Source of the DNA: Raillietiella orientalis
Taxonomy: Eukaryota
Assembly (NCBI GenBank): GCA_036172245.1
Contig: JAYWIR010000053.1
Span: forward strand, 124,001-188,000
DNA length: 64,000 nt
Direction: 5' to 3'
Below the pieces are notes generated by a model. It was not told the origin of the DNA. It ran no database searches and saw only the letters and a list, made by a program, of their open reading frames with translations. Both the position numbers and the translations under genes were made by a program. Below, in pieces: positions 38,415 to 50,793 of this stretch (position 1 is the stretch's first letter; the number at the start of each line of letters is the position of its first letter).

Positions 38415-41400
38415 ATGCCGGGAATCTCCTCCCGCCGTCGTCTGCGCATCGCCGTTTGGAACGTGAACGGCATGACAGACGCCGGCAGGAGACGAGACAT
38501 GGCCGTTCTTCTGGAGTCCTACGACCTTGCGCTGCTGCAGGAGATCCACGTGATCTCTGCAGAACAAGCGCAAGAGATCGAACGGATCTCCGGAGGGCGG
38601 CTATGGTACAGGTGTGGGAGAGCGAAAAGTTGCGGTGTCGCCTACCTGCTCCGGCCAGCCGTCGAGGCCGCGGCTCGGGGCGTGCGGTTCGACGATCACG
38701 GTCGTGTCGGCCAGCTGAATCTCAGGTGGTCCGACTCCATCGATCTGATCGTCACGAACGTGTACGCACCGAGCGGCAAGGACCTGATAAACAGGAAGGC
38801 GAGGAAAGAGTTTTCCTTGCGCTCCGGCGAGACTGGCTGACCGAAGCAGGCGTGCGGAATGCCCATCTGGTTGCAGGCGATTTCAACGTTCGCCTGAAAC
38901 CAGATGAGCAGAATCCCGAGCGTGACCTGGTCAACGAGGTGTGCATGGCGGTGCACACCTGTAATCTGTTGGCCAGTGCACCGGGGATGGAAGAAAGCAT
39001 TGACCACGTGTTTCTTGACGAGCACCTGTGCCGTCGCGTGGGCAGGCGCGGCAAGTTACCGTGCAAGCTGTCCGACCATCGCCCGCTAGTCCTCGAGATC
39101 CATCCGCGCGACAGGGGCCCCCCCTCGTCAGCGTGGCGTCTCCCAATGGACTGGCTGAAGCTCCCGGACGCGACGGAACATCTCCGCACGTTCATACGGA
39201 GCTTCAGTCTGCGGACACTTTAGGATTGGGACCGCTTCAAGCGGTCGGTCCAGGAGTTCTGCGACCAGTTCCCTCTGCACCGCCTACCCACGGGTTTTGG
39301 GACCAGGGTCCGTAACGAACGAGCCTACCTGCAGGCCCGTCGTTACGCCAGGACCCCCGACATCCACAGGCTGGCGGAATACAAAGCGGGAGCCGAGAGG
39401 CAAGCCTGGCAGTCCGGATCGGCCAGCTTGCTGGACGATCAGGGCCAGGAGCACTCGGCACCTGCCCAAATCCGCGTCCTGCTGCGGAGTTACTACTCCT
39501 CCCTGTATGCAGAACACCTCCGGAGAGTAACGTCTCACGACTCCTACTTCCGGAAGGCGCTGCAGCGATCGGGGAGGAGCAGAGAAAGACCCTCGACGAG
39601 CCTTTCACGATGGACGAGATCCTCTCGGCCATCGGAAAGCTCAAGAGGCGAAAGGCTCCAGAGGAGGACGGCCTGCCCGCGGAGTTCTATTAAACTTTCG
39701 CGGCTGAGCTTACTCTTCTGGTACAGCAACTCACCTTGCTGATACGCGAAACAGGTGACGTTCCCGCCTCTTTTCGTTCGGCAAAGGTGCGGCTCCTCCC
39801 TAAGGGAGGAGATCTGAGGAGCATGAACAACTGGCGTCCCATCACAATAGTGAATGCGGACGCCAAGCTGGTGGCTAAGGTTTGGGCAGAGCGTCTGGGA
39901 CGGGTTGCCAACATCGCCATCAGCCCGGAACAGACATATGCTGTTCCCGGGCGAAGCATGGAGGCGAACCTTTTCCTCGATTCCACCTGGCTAGAGCTCC
40001 AACATGAAAGGAGCTTGGTGCGCAGCCGGAATTATGGTGCGTGCGCCGGCAAGGGGTAGGATGGTCGGGTGGGGGAGGGAGCCCTTGCGGTCGCAATCGA
40101 CTTGCGAAAAGCATTCGATTGCGTCGACCAGAATCTCCTTCTGGAGCTTCTGGAACGCTTGGGATTCACGGCATCATTAGTGGCCTATCTGCGCTCCTGC
40201 TGGCGCGACGCGCTCATCAATGTTACCTTCAGCGTGCAGACCGTGCACGGAGTGCCGGTGCGGCGTGGGATCGGGCAGGGAGGCAGCCTGAGCCCCTTGC
40301 TCTTCAGTACCTACTTTGAGTCTGTACTGAGAGCGTACAGGGGAACTCTGGCGCACCTGCCGCACGACTGTACCGGTACGCCGGCCGTTTCAGCATACGC
40401 GGACGACCTTCTGCTGCTGCTCCCTATGTCCACCCCGGCTGCGGCGGTCGAGAAGTTCTTCGACCTGCTGCATCGGGGAACCGGACTTACGGTGAACAGG
40501 GCGAAGTCGTCCGTGATGCCAGTTGGTGCGGCGTGGGTAGTGCAGCAGGACTGGGTCCGTTTGGGGATCCCCACGGTGAGGTGCTTCAAGTACCTCGGTG
40601 TGCCGTTGGGGGACTACTCCCCTGCGGAAGCGTGGTCCGGCTGCCTTCAAAAAGTAGACACGGCGATCGGCCCGTTCCGAGGCGGCAGGATTTTCCTGCC
40701 TGAACGGGCCGCGGTTTGGAACACGTTCGCGGCTCCTCTCCTCCGCCCCCTGCTTTTTGTTTGCCCCCCCACAGAGAGGATTAAAAAGCGGACAAAGAAC
40801 CTCCTCCGTATCGTCCTTTGGGGCAACGGGAGGGCCCGAGTCCGCTTAAAGGACTTGTGCGCTCCTCGTCGGGATGGTGGACTGGGCCTCCTGACGCTGG
40901 AGCGGCTAAAGCTTCAGCTACAGTTCCGCTTGTCGGCACTCGTTCCAGAGTTGTGGTGCACCTGTTGGTGCGTCCCTACACGTCTCCTCCAGCAAGCCAC
41001 CGGCAAGACGGGACTGACGTCGTATCTTGCACTCCGTTGCCGCGTCAACCGATGCGGACTCCAGCTACGGAGGGTGGCTGCGCTGTATCGGAAAAACCAA
41101 GGATTGCTCACCTGTCGCCCGTTTAACGGTAGTGCCTGGTTGCAGGAAACCGTTCGAACGTGAAGACGGTTCGGCATGCAACGCTCCCAACAGGAACGAA
41201 GGTTCCTGTTTGGGGGTTACAGAAGTTGCACGCTCCGCAGGATCCTGGAGGATCCAAAGAAGAGAGCGTGGGCAGGAAGAACCCCCCTCGCTGCTGCGCT
41301 GCCCTCCCTGATGGAAGATCTGGACAGCGATGTTGCGGAGAAGTGGGTGGTTACAGTAACAATCTCGGGAAAGGAGAAGAAGATAGGAGAGTGGAAGACG

Positions 41401-41990
41401 GGGCAGTTAACAGACTCTGCGACCCCGAGTACGCCTCCCAATGGACTTCTGCGCTGGGGCGCGCTGCTCGATGTTCCCATTGAACATCTGAAGTAGCCCC
41501 CGGTGCTCATGAACACTTCCGCCCTCCCCTTAAAATGGCAGGAGTCGGCTCTCCTGTTGCAGCACTAAGGACTCCCCTGCAAAGCCCGCCGACACCACTG
41601 GACCTGGGGAGCGGTGGACCCCTATTGCGTCAGGTGTGGGGAACGGAAGTCCCTCCCCCACCTGCTAGTGGATTGTGTTGCCCTTCGGCCCCTTTGGTTT
41701 CGCTTTGCCGCGGCCATCGGAATGCCCTGCCGCAACCCCAGGGAAGCACTGAAAGCCCTCTTTGTTGCCCACGCCCTTCGTCCATTGGCCTCGTCAGCAG
41801 CTTTGTACTGCCTTCGCGGGATCGTCACCGCTTGGAGCAAGGCTACGGGAGGATAACGCGACTAGGGTGTTAACCAGCCAGCCTCCCAGTCTCTGAGGAG
41901 GGTGTCCCGATAGCCCCACCTGGATCCAGGAATACAGAAGGAGCTTGCCGGCATCCTCCAAAGGATGCAACGGCCCCACCAGCAACTGTG
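38415..41990 (+). pseudogene. B ORF2 (EN-RT-zinc finger), disrupted
   Basis: VWNVNG, AGDFN, LSDH, WRPITIVNAD, DLRKAFD, SAYADD and CVRCGE..H..C. Confidence 0.88.
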
Positions 41991-42181
41991 ATCCCTTCCC
42001 TTACGCTCACAACTTTTCTCTTCTTTTTTTGTTTTGTTTTTTTTGTTTTTCCCCCTTCCCCCTGCTGCCGTGGTGGACCGTACCGGTCTGCGAACCGGTG
42101 ACCCGGCAGGCTCTGTGTTTCTTCGTGCGTGGCCGGAGCAATGGTCCAGCCACCGCACGTCTTTGTAAAAGTTTATTTTAC

Positions 42182-42212
42182 AATAAACGCCCCGGCGAAA
42201 TCCGGGTGAAAA
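42182..42212 (+). terminator. 3' terminal AATAAA + GC hairpin (representative copy)
   Basis: AATAAACGCCCCGGCGAAATCCGGGTGAAAA. Variants occur at 14 element ends. Confidence 0.7.
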
Positions 42213-45058
42213 TCGAACGCCTTGTGGAGATCGACTGCGAGCGCTAGGGCCCCCTTCCCCGCCCGGGGGTCCCTTCCCAACCCGGCTGGCGGCCCCAATG
42301 TGGGGTTGCCGACTTTCCCTATCCCTTTCTTCTCTCTTCTCTGCAGGTGCACCCATGTGCTTGCGAAGAAGAGGTTGGCATCCATACTTCGCCCGGGAAC
42401 AGCATAAGTCTGCTCCGGGCTAATTACGGATTCTGCCACCTGCCCCAGACGCGAAGCCCATAGCCCTGCGATCAACTTGGCGTCCGTATTCACGATCGTG
42501 ATCGGACGCCAGTTCTCTAAATCCCTGAGGTCTCCCCCTTTCGGCAGGAGCCTCACTCTGGCTGACCGAAACGAGGAGAACACATCGCCTTCGTCTCGGA
42601 TCAGCCTGATCAACTTAAGCAGCAGGGGTGCCAGCTCTTCCGCGAAGCTCTGAAAGAACTCCGTGGGCAAGCCGTCTTGTTCTGGAGCTTTACGCCTCTT
42701 GAGCCTTTTGATACCGGCGAGAATTTCGCCGGTGGTAAAAGGCTCGTCGAGGCTTTCCATCTCCTCCTCCCCTATTGCCGGGGCGCCATCCGGAAGCAAG
42801 CGCCGAGAGGCGTCTCGATCCGGAGGCTCCCTGGCGTAAAGGGAGGAGTAGAAACTCCGCACGAGATGCCGTACCGACGCCGGGGACGAACATTCCCGGC
42901 CCTGGACGTCCAGCAAGGTGGCCGACCCGGATTGCCAGGCTTGGCGTTCGGCCCCGGCGCGGTACTCGGCCAGGCGACGGAAATTAGGGGTTCTCTCGTA
43001 CCTACGAGCCTGTAAGTAGGCCCGATGGTTGCGAGCACCCTCGCCGAATCCGGGGGGCAGGCGATCCAGGGGGAACTGCTCACAGAACTCGCGGACCGAT
43101 TCCTTAAAAACGTCCCAGTCCTGGAGATTCCGGAGCGTGACACCTCTCAGGTATTCGCGAAGGTATTCCTTCGCACCTGAGAGTCGCGTCCAGTCCCCCG
43201 GCAGACGCCAATCCCTGGATGGCGGTCCCTTGTCACGAGGCCGCATCTCGAAAATTAACCGGGAATGGTCCGACAACGTCGACGCACCCCTCCCCCGTTT
43301 GCCGACCCGTGAACACAGGTCAGCGTCGAGGAAGACGTGGTCGATGCTGCGGACCATTCCCCTCTCACCCGCGAACAAGTTGCGCGCAAGCATGGCGGCG
43401 CACAACTCGTTCATCGCGTTCTCTTGTGTTTCTGGCTCACCTGTTAGCAGACGGAGATTGAAATCTCCCGCTATCAGATGAGCCTTCCGCACGTTCGTGT
43501 CCGCCAGCCAGTCGCGCTTCAGGGAATCCATCAGCCTGGTACGGTCGCTGTATCCCTGTTTACCGCTGGGGGCGTACACATTCGTGACGATCAATTCGAT
43601 CGAGTCCGACCAGCTGAGAATCAGCTGACCGACCCGACCGTCGTCATCGAAGCGCACGCCCTTCACGGCCACGTCGATGGCCGGCTTCACGAAGAACGCG
43701 ACCCCGCAGGTGTTGCGGAGGCCGCACCGCCAATACAGCCGACCCTCCGCGATCGTCTCGATCTCCTGGGCTTCTGCCGCGATGATCACGTGGATCTCCT
43801 GCAGCAAGGCCAGGTCGAGCTCACGCAGGGTGTCGGCCGTATCTCGCCTGTTACCGTCGTCGCGCAGCCCGTTGACGTTCCAACAGGCGGCGCGAATCCG
43901 ACGGCGACTGGCGAGCCCAGGTGTTATTCCTGGGAAGATGGCGATGCGGCGTCCGCCACCTGTTGGGGCGGGACGCTAGGTGGAGGAGGAGGGTCAGGCG
44001 CTGCGTGCACCTGGTCCCCCTCCTCCATGGGTAACGGCGCGTCGAGCGGGTCACCCTTAGATGGGGTCGCGCCTACATGTTGGCCCTCCTCCATGGGGGC
44101 GGGATGTTCAGGCTCGGCGACTGCAGATAGGACTTCGCCCCCCTGCTCACCCTCCTCCATGGGGGTGGCCGGCTCGACGGCTTCCGAGCGTGGGAGTTCC
44201 CTCTCCTGGATTCCCACGCTACCGCTACCTTCCTGCTTCTCCTCCTCGCTGGTGGAGGGGAGGCGCCTCCTGGGTTTCTGGGACTTGCGTCCCGACTTCA
44301 TGGGGGGTGCCTCCGAGGAGGAGGATGCACTTCCGGCCCTTAGGTCCGACTCACCTGTGGGGGCCTTTTTCGCGGGAGCCGGCCTTCGCACGGCCTTGCG
44401 TGAGGGGTTCTCACGCTCCGCAAGCGTGGCCGCGAGCTCCTCCGCCGCCTGAGCGAACGCGACGTCCTCGGCTTCGACCGTCGCTATTTCGCGCGGCTCA
44501 CCCTCTGTGTAAACAGAGGGTTCGCCGTCGCGAAACTCGGGCGCGGCGGAAACGGCGAGGGAAGGCTCGTCGCCCCGGGTGGCAATCTCGGGAACGGCTA
44601 TGCGCTCCAGTGCTAGCGTACACTTCCGCATGGTCTTAGAGCGCCGCCCAGGTTTTTTCGCCTTGCCGGCTGTCTTTTTTACCGCTTTAGCGGGTTCCGC
44701 GGGGTGCACCTTTTTCTCCTTCCTGGCCTTGACCAGCTGCCAGCCGTCTTGGACTCCCGCGTCTTCGGCGGGTTTTTCTTCCGACGCCTGTGTGGGAGGA
44801 ACAGGGGCTAGCGGCTGCTGCCGGCCAGTATCGCTTTTTGGTCTTTCGACCAGTTTACCGCGTTTTGCCTGTGCTTTCTTTGCAGCAGGCGGCACCGGAG
44901 TGGGGCGTTTAGGGCATACGCGGCGTACGTGGCCCTTCTCCCCGCATAAGTGGCACACAATGTTCGGGCACCGCTTGCGCAAGTGTCCTACTGCATTGCA
45001 GTGGCCACAAAAGCGGGGTTTCCCCACGTACCAGAGGTCTACGACTTCGCCATTGATC
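42213..45058 (-). mobile_element. LINE family A copy A1, 5' piece (ORF1 from knuckles, ORF2 EN to KAFD)
   Basis: ORF 42173-43807 is open up to AVDLHKAFD. ORF1 has WYVGKPRFCGHC and three PMEEG repeats. Confidence 0.9.
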
Positions 45059-46078
45059 TCGTTGACCAGCTGTGCGCGAATTTCGGGCGCACCTGCCAGC
45101 AGGCGGACGTTAAAGTCCCCGGCAATGAGGTGCGCCTTTCGCATGTCTTCTTCGGCCAGCCAATCTCGCCGCAGGCCTTCGAAGAACGCAGTGCGTTCCC
45201 CGCGCCTGTGGCTCGTGCCGGGCGCGTACACTTTGGTCACGACGAGGTCGATCGCGTCGGACCACTTGGCAACAAGCTGCCCGATTTGACCTTCCCCGTC
45301 GAAGTGCACGTCGCGCAGCGCATTAACGACGGCTGGCTTCAGCATGAAAGCCACACCGCGGGTGTGGTCTCTCCCGTTTTGGTGTACGAGCCGCCCGCCT
45401 GCGATCCGTTCGATTTCCTGGGCCTCCCCTGCGTGGAGAACGTGCGTCTCCTGCAGAAGCGCCAGGTCGAAGTCCCGCAGGCTGGCGGCCACTTCTCTCC
45501 TCTTGCCGTCGTCGCGCAACCCGTTGACGTTCCAACAGATTACGCGCAGTCGCCGGCAGAAGGAGAGTCCACGCGTTGGTGTGTTTATTGTGCTTGCTTA
45601 CCGTCCTCCGCCTGCTGTTCAGCAGGCGGGAGTTGTGTATCCATTGCGACGGGCTGTTGCTCGCAAGGAGGCGGTCCGTCGGTGGTTGTGGTGGTGGTTG
45701 GAGGATCCTGCTTGGCCAGGCACGTCTCCGGCGAGGAGTCGCGAGACCTCGCGGACATCGCCTCCCCGTCGTCGTGGTCCGACCGCATTTCCTCCTCCGC
45801 CGGTGGAGGTGCGGAGCGCCGCGGGTTGCCTACCTTGCGGCCCGCTTTGCGCTTCGGGAGAGCGACAGCCGGAGCGTTGCCGGCTTCGGCTTCGGACTCG
45901 GAAGTCTCCGGTCCTTTCGCCTCAGCCGGACGTTTCAAGGCCTTCTTCTGGGCCTTGGGAGGCTGCTGGAGCATGGCTGCCAACTCTTCCGCCGCCTTGT
46001 TGAAGTCCCGGTCGTCGCTGCTCACGCTGGGCTCGCGACTTTGTCGCGGCGTCGGCGTTCGCGCGGCGGCGGGTTGTT
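45059..46078 (-). mobile_element. LINE family C-like copy E, middle piece (ORF1 C-terminus + EN start)
   Basis: FNKAAEELAAML, ORF1 stop at 45585, then CWNVNG..LLQETH..AGDFN. Confidence 0.8.
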
Positions 46079-49000
46079 CACACCCGGATGTGCCGGGGCA
46101 TTTATTTCTTAGAAATAAAATAACAGAAAAAATGTCGCGTGGCGAACCCGAAGGTTCACCACTCCAAAACAGCTTGCTGGTTACCGGCTCCGTGCCGGAG
46201 AGGTCCTTCCGATGCGCGGGGATGGGAAATAAAGAAAAACAAAAAGAAACAAAAAGTTCAAATGTGGGGGGGAACAAATGCTGTAGAGGTGGGAGGGCGG
46301 GGAAGGGATCACGGTGCGCGTGGAGAGGTCCTCTAGATCCTATTCAGGATCCGCACAAGCTGAGTCCTTTCAGCGCCCAAGTGGCGCCACTTGCAGACAC
46401 TTCGCGCGAACACGCGAGTCCAGTGTAAGGCGTTGCCGGTTGGCTGACGCCTTCTTCTGGTGGCGTTCCAAGCCGCCACTATTCCTCTGATGCAGCAGAG
46501 GACTGCTACACTAGCGGGCGGGGACAAGGCGTCACTACAGAAGAGGCGCCTGAAAACGTCCTTTGGGCCGCATCCGCGCAAGTCCAGGATCGCCGCGAGA
46601 CGATCCCATAAAGGGCGGATGGCACTGCACTCGATGAGAAGGTGGGGGAAGGTCTCTTTTTCCCCGCACCGGTCACAATAAGGATCCACAGCCCCCCGGG
46701 TTGTGTGATGAAGGCGTGCTTTGAATGGAAGTCCCCAGTGGACCACAAGCAACGCCACATCCTGTTATTTCAGGGGGAGGGATGCACTCTTCCAGGACGC
46801 TGGGGGCCACTTCATCTCCTCCGGAGATAGTCCGAGTAGCTCGCCCCAGCGTCGAATTCCGTTGGGCGGGACACTCGGCGTCGCAGCGTCAGCTGGCTGC
46901 CGAGATGTCCACGCCTTTATCGATTGTGTCCTGCCGCCTATAGTGCAGGACACGGTCCATTTCCCCTGCTCGCTACTGTCCCTGGCATTCACAAGGAAGG
47001 GCAGCACTGGGGCGAGGGGGGTTATCAAGGCCCATAGAAGCTTGTCGTGGGACTGCACGATCTCCTGCAGCGTCCAGCGGGCGTGCCTGTTCATACAAGT
47101 GTTCCTTGTGCCCGCCGGAACGTGGATCTTTACCCAGGTGGAGACTGACTCGTGCAACCAGGCGGCGTAGTTCCCTGGGAGGCAGGAGATCCAGGCGTTC
47201 TTTTGAACCGCAACAAAGATGCGTCGCAGCATAGAGCCACAGTATGGTCTTCTGCAGACGCGCGCAGACAGAAACGACAAAAGTCCGCCGATTCCGCAGG
47301 CTCGTTGGGCCAGGAGGCGTGCTGGAACGCACCAAGGCGTGTCCCACAATTCTGCCGCAAGGGCGAGAGTCCTGAATCGAAGTTGTATTTCGATACGCTC
47401 CAGCGTAAGTAAGCCAAGTACACCGTCCTTACGTGGAGCGCACAAGTCTTTGAGCCTCACACGGGACCTCCCTTTGCCCCAAAGGACTGTCCTCAGGAGG
47501 CCCGCTGCTCGTTTCCGAATAAAATAAGGGGCGGGGCAAACAAAAAGTAGGGGGCGAAGGAGGGGAGCCGCAAACGCGGTCCACACCGCGGCCCGTTCCT
47601 GCAAGTAGAACTTGCCTTCTTGGAACGGACCGATCGCAAACGCTGCCTTTTGGAGACGGTCGGACCAGGCTTCTGCTGCGCAGAAGTCCCCCAACGGTAC
47701 GCCGAGGTACTTGAAGCACCTGCCCGTGGGGATCCCCAAGCGGATCCAGTCCGACCGTCCAGCCCACGCCGAAACGACGAAGACCATGGATGACTTCGCC
47801 CTGTTCACCTCCAGGCCCGTCCCGCGGCGCAGCAACTCGAAGAAGTCCTCGAGTGCACTCGCCGGGGTGGACCCGGGAAGCAGCAGCAGAAGATCGTGTG
47901 CATAGGCCGACACGGCAGGCGTGCCGGCACACGAGCTCGGCAGGGTTGCCAGAGTTACCCTGTATGCCCTCAGCACCAACTCGAAGTAGATGCTGAAGAG
48001 CAAGGGGCTCAGGCTGTCACCCTGCCGGATGCCGCGGCGTCCGGGCACGCCGTACACGTGCCGGCCGCTGAAACCGATATTGATTGACGCGTTGCGCCAG
48101 CAGGAGCGCAGGTAAGATTGAAGCACGGCAGGGAAACCCATGCGTTCCAGGCGCTCCAGAAGGAGATCCTGGTCGACGCAGTCGAATGCTTTGTGCAAAT
48201 CGACCGCGACGGCAAAGGCTCCCGCCGAGTCCATCCCACCCTCTGCCCGATCTTCTTGGTCAGAGGGGGGCGCGAGGCTCCCTTGACCGTCCTGTGCAAC
48301 GCGTTGTCGCAACTGCCACCATGAGCTGGCGAGTAGCAGGTTGGCCTCCATGGTTCGTCCGGGAACAGCATAGGTCTGCTCGGGACTCACCACGGAAGCG
48401 GCCACCCGCCCCAAACGCTCAGCCCACAACTTGGCATACAACTTTGCGTCCGCATTCACTACTGTGATGGGACGCCAGTTGCCAATGTTGCGTAAGTCTC
48501 CTGACTTCGGCAGGAGACGTACTTTAGCTGACCGGAACGAGGCGGGAACTTCGCCGTGTTTGCGGATCAGCGCACTTAACCTGAGCACCAGGGGGGCCAG
48601 CTCTGGCGCGAAGCGATGGTAAAACTCCGCGGGCAGGCCGTCCTCCCCTGGTGCCTTCCTTCTCTTGAGCCTGTTGATGGCGGAGATGATCTCCGCCATC
48701 GTGAACGGTTCCGCCAATCTGGAACGGTCCTCCTCCTTGAGCGCGGGAGCGCCATCCGGCAGCAGCCGCTGCGCGAAATGGCGCTCAGGTGTTAGTGGCG
48801 CGTACAAGGAGGAATAAAACTCCCGCACGATGCGGCTTACCTGGGCTGGGCTGGAGCGTTCTTGGCCCTGATGATCCAGCAGGCAGGCCGAGCCTGACTG
48901 CCAGGCCTGCCTCTCCGCCTCAGCCTTGAATTCAGCCAGGCGACGGACGTCGGGACGCCGGGAATAACGGCGCGCCTGTAGGTACGCCCGCTCGTTCCGG

Positions 49001-49962
49001 ACACCCTCACCGAAGCCCGGCGGAAGACGTTCCAGGGGAAACTGGTCGCAAAACTCACGGACTGAGCACTTCATTTCGTCCCAGTCCGCAAGCGTGTGAA
49101 GCTGGAATCCTCGCAGGAAACAGCGTAGATGTTCCGCCGCTCCTACGAGGCGCAACCAATCCCCTGGCAGGCGCCATGTTTTCAGGGGAGGGCCCTTATT
49201 GCGCGGATGTAACTCGAGCACGAGCCGTGGATGGTCGGACAGCTCTGCCGGGAGCGTTCCTCGAGTTCCCACCCGCGTGCACAGGCGGTTGTCGAGGAAC
49301 ATGTGGTCGATGTTCCGATCTCTCCCGGCATCGCCGGCCAACAAGTTGCGCGCATGCATGGCTGCGCACAACTCGTTGACCAGCTGTGCTCGTCCGCTGG
49401 GCGCACCTGCCAGCAGGCGGAGCTTGAAATCGCCCGCAATGAGGTGCGCCCTTCGCACGCCTGCTTCGGCCAACCAGTCTCGCCGCAAGGTTTCGAAGAA
49501 CGCAGTGCGTTCCTCGGCCCTGTGGCTGCTCACCGGAGCGTACAGGTTCGTGACTACGAGGTCGATCGAGTCGGACCACTTGAACACAAGCTGCCCAACT
49601 CGACCATCCCCGTCGAACCGTGCATTGCGCAGTGAGTTGTCGACGGTTGGCTTTAGCAGAAAGGCCACTCCGCAGGAGTTGTCCGTTCCGTTCCTCAACA
49701 GTAGCCGCCCTCCCGCGATTCTTCCGATTTCCTGGACATCTCCCGGTCGGAGAACGTGCGTCTCTTGCAGGAGCACCAGGTCGAAATCTCGCAGTATGGC
49801 GGCTACATCTCGCCTCTTTACGTCGTCGCGCAACCCGTTGACATTCGAACAGGTGATGCGCAAGCGGCGGCAGAAGGCGAGCCCACGCACTGATGCGTTT
49901 ATTGTGGGGTGGAGGCGGCCTCCTCCCTTGCGGAGCACCACAAAAGCACGTCCACCCTCTCA
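46079..49962 (-). mobile_element. LINE family C copy C1, ORF1-less, flanked by 14-bp direct repeats
   Basis: The 5' motif lies about 60 nt from the ORF1 stop. GGCGGCGGGTTGTT occurs at 46065-46078 and 49963-49976. Confidence 0.88.
46333..49890 (-). pseudogene. C1 ORF2 (EN-RT-zinc finger), longest open ORF2 in the window
   Basis: Open for more than 1000 codons. YADD has become YAHD, and TGG has become TAA at 46765 relative to C2. Confidence 0.9.
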
Positions 49963-49976
49963 GGCGGCGGGTTGTT

Positions 49977-50793
49977 CACACCCGGATGTGCCGGGGCATT
50001 TATTTCATAGAAATAAACTAACAGAAAAATTGTCGCGTGGCGAACCCGAAGGTTCACCACTCCATAACAGCTTGCTGGTTACCGGCTCCGTGCCGGAGAG
50101 GTCCTTCCGATGCGCGGGGATGGGAAATAAAGAAAAACAAAAAAAAAACAAATATTTGAAGTATGGGAGGGAGCAAATGTTTCGGGAATGGGAGGGCAGG
50201 GAGGGGATCACCGTGCGGGCGGATAGGTCCTCTAGATCCTATTTAGGATCCGTACAAGCTGAGTCCTCTCTGCGCCCAAGTGGCGCCACTTGCAGACGTC
50301 TCGGACGACTAGGCGGGTGAACCGTAAGGCGTTGCCAGTTGGCTGACGTCTTCTTCTGGTGGCGTTCCAAGCCGCCACGATCCCTCGAATGCAGCAGAGG
50401 ACTGCTACAGAAGAGGGGGGGGACAAGGCGTCACTACGGAAGAGGAGCCTGAAAACGTCCTTTGGGCCGCATCCGCGCAAGTCCAGGATCGCCGCGAGAC
50501 GATCCCACAAAGGGCGGATGGCACTGCACTCGATGAGAAGGTGGGGGAAGGTCTCTTTTTCCCCGCACCGGTCACAATAAGGATCCACAGCCCCCCGGGT
50601 TGTGTGATGAAGGCGTGCTTTGAATGGAAGTCCCAGAGGACCACAAGCAACGCCACATCCTGCCATTTCAGGGGGAGGGATGCACTGTTCCAGGACGCTG
50701 GGGGCCACTTCATCTCCTCCGGAGATAGTCCGAGTAGCTCGCCCCAGCGTCGAATTCCGTTGGGCGGGACACTCGGCGTCGCAGCGTCAGCTA
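49977..50793 (-). mobile_element. LINE family C copy C2, 3' 0.8 kb
   Basis: Near-identical in blocks to 46079-46893, with the same terminus. Confidence 0.88.

Larger units (their letters stand above)
36645..42212 (+). mobile_element. LINE family B copy B, full length (about 5.57 kb) with 14-bp TSD
   Basis: 5' motif; ORF1 about 36740-38400 with two CCHC knuckles; ORF2 38415-about 41990 with stops and frameshifts; AATAAA-hairpin-AAAA end. Confidence 0.92.
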
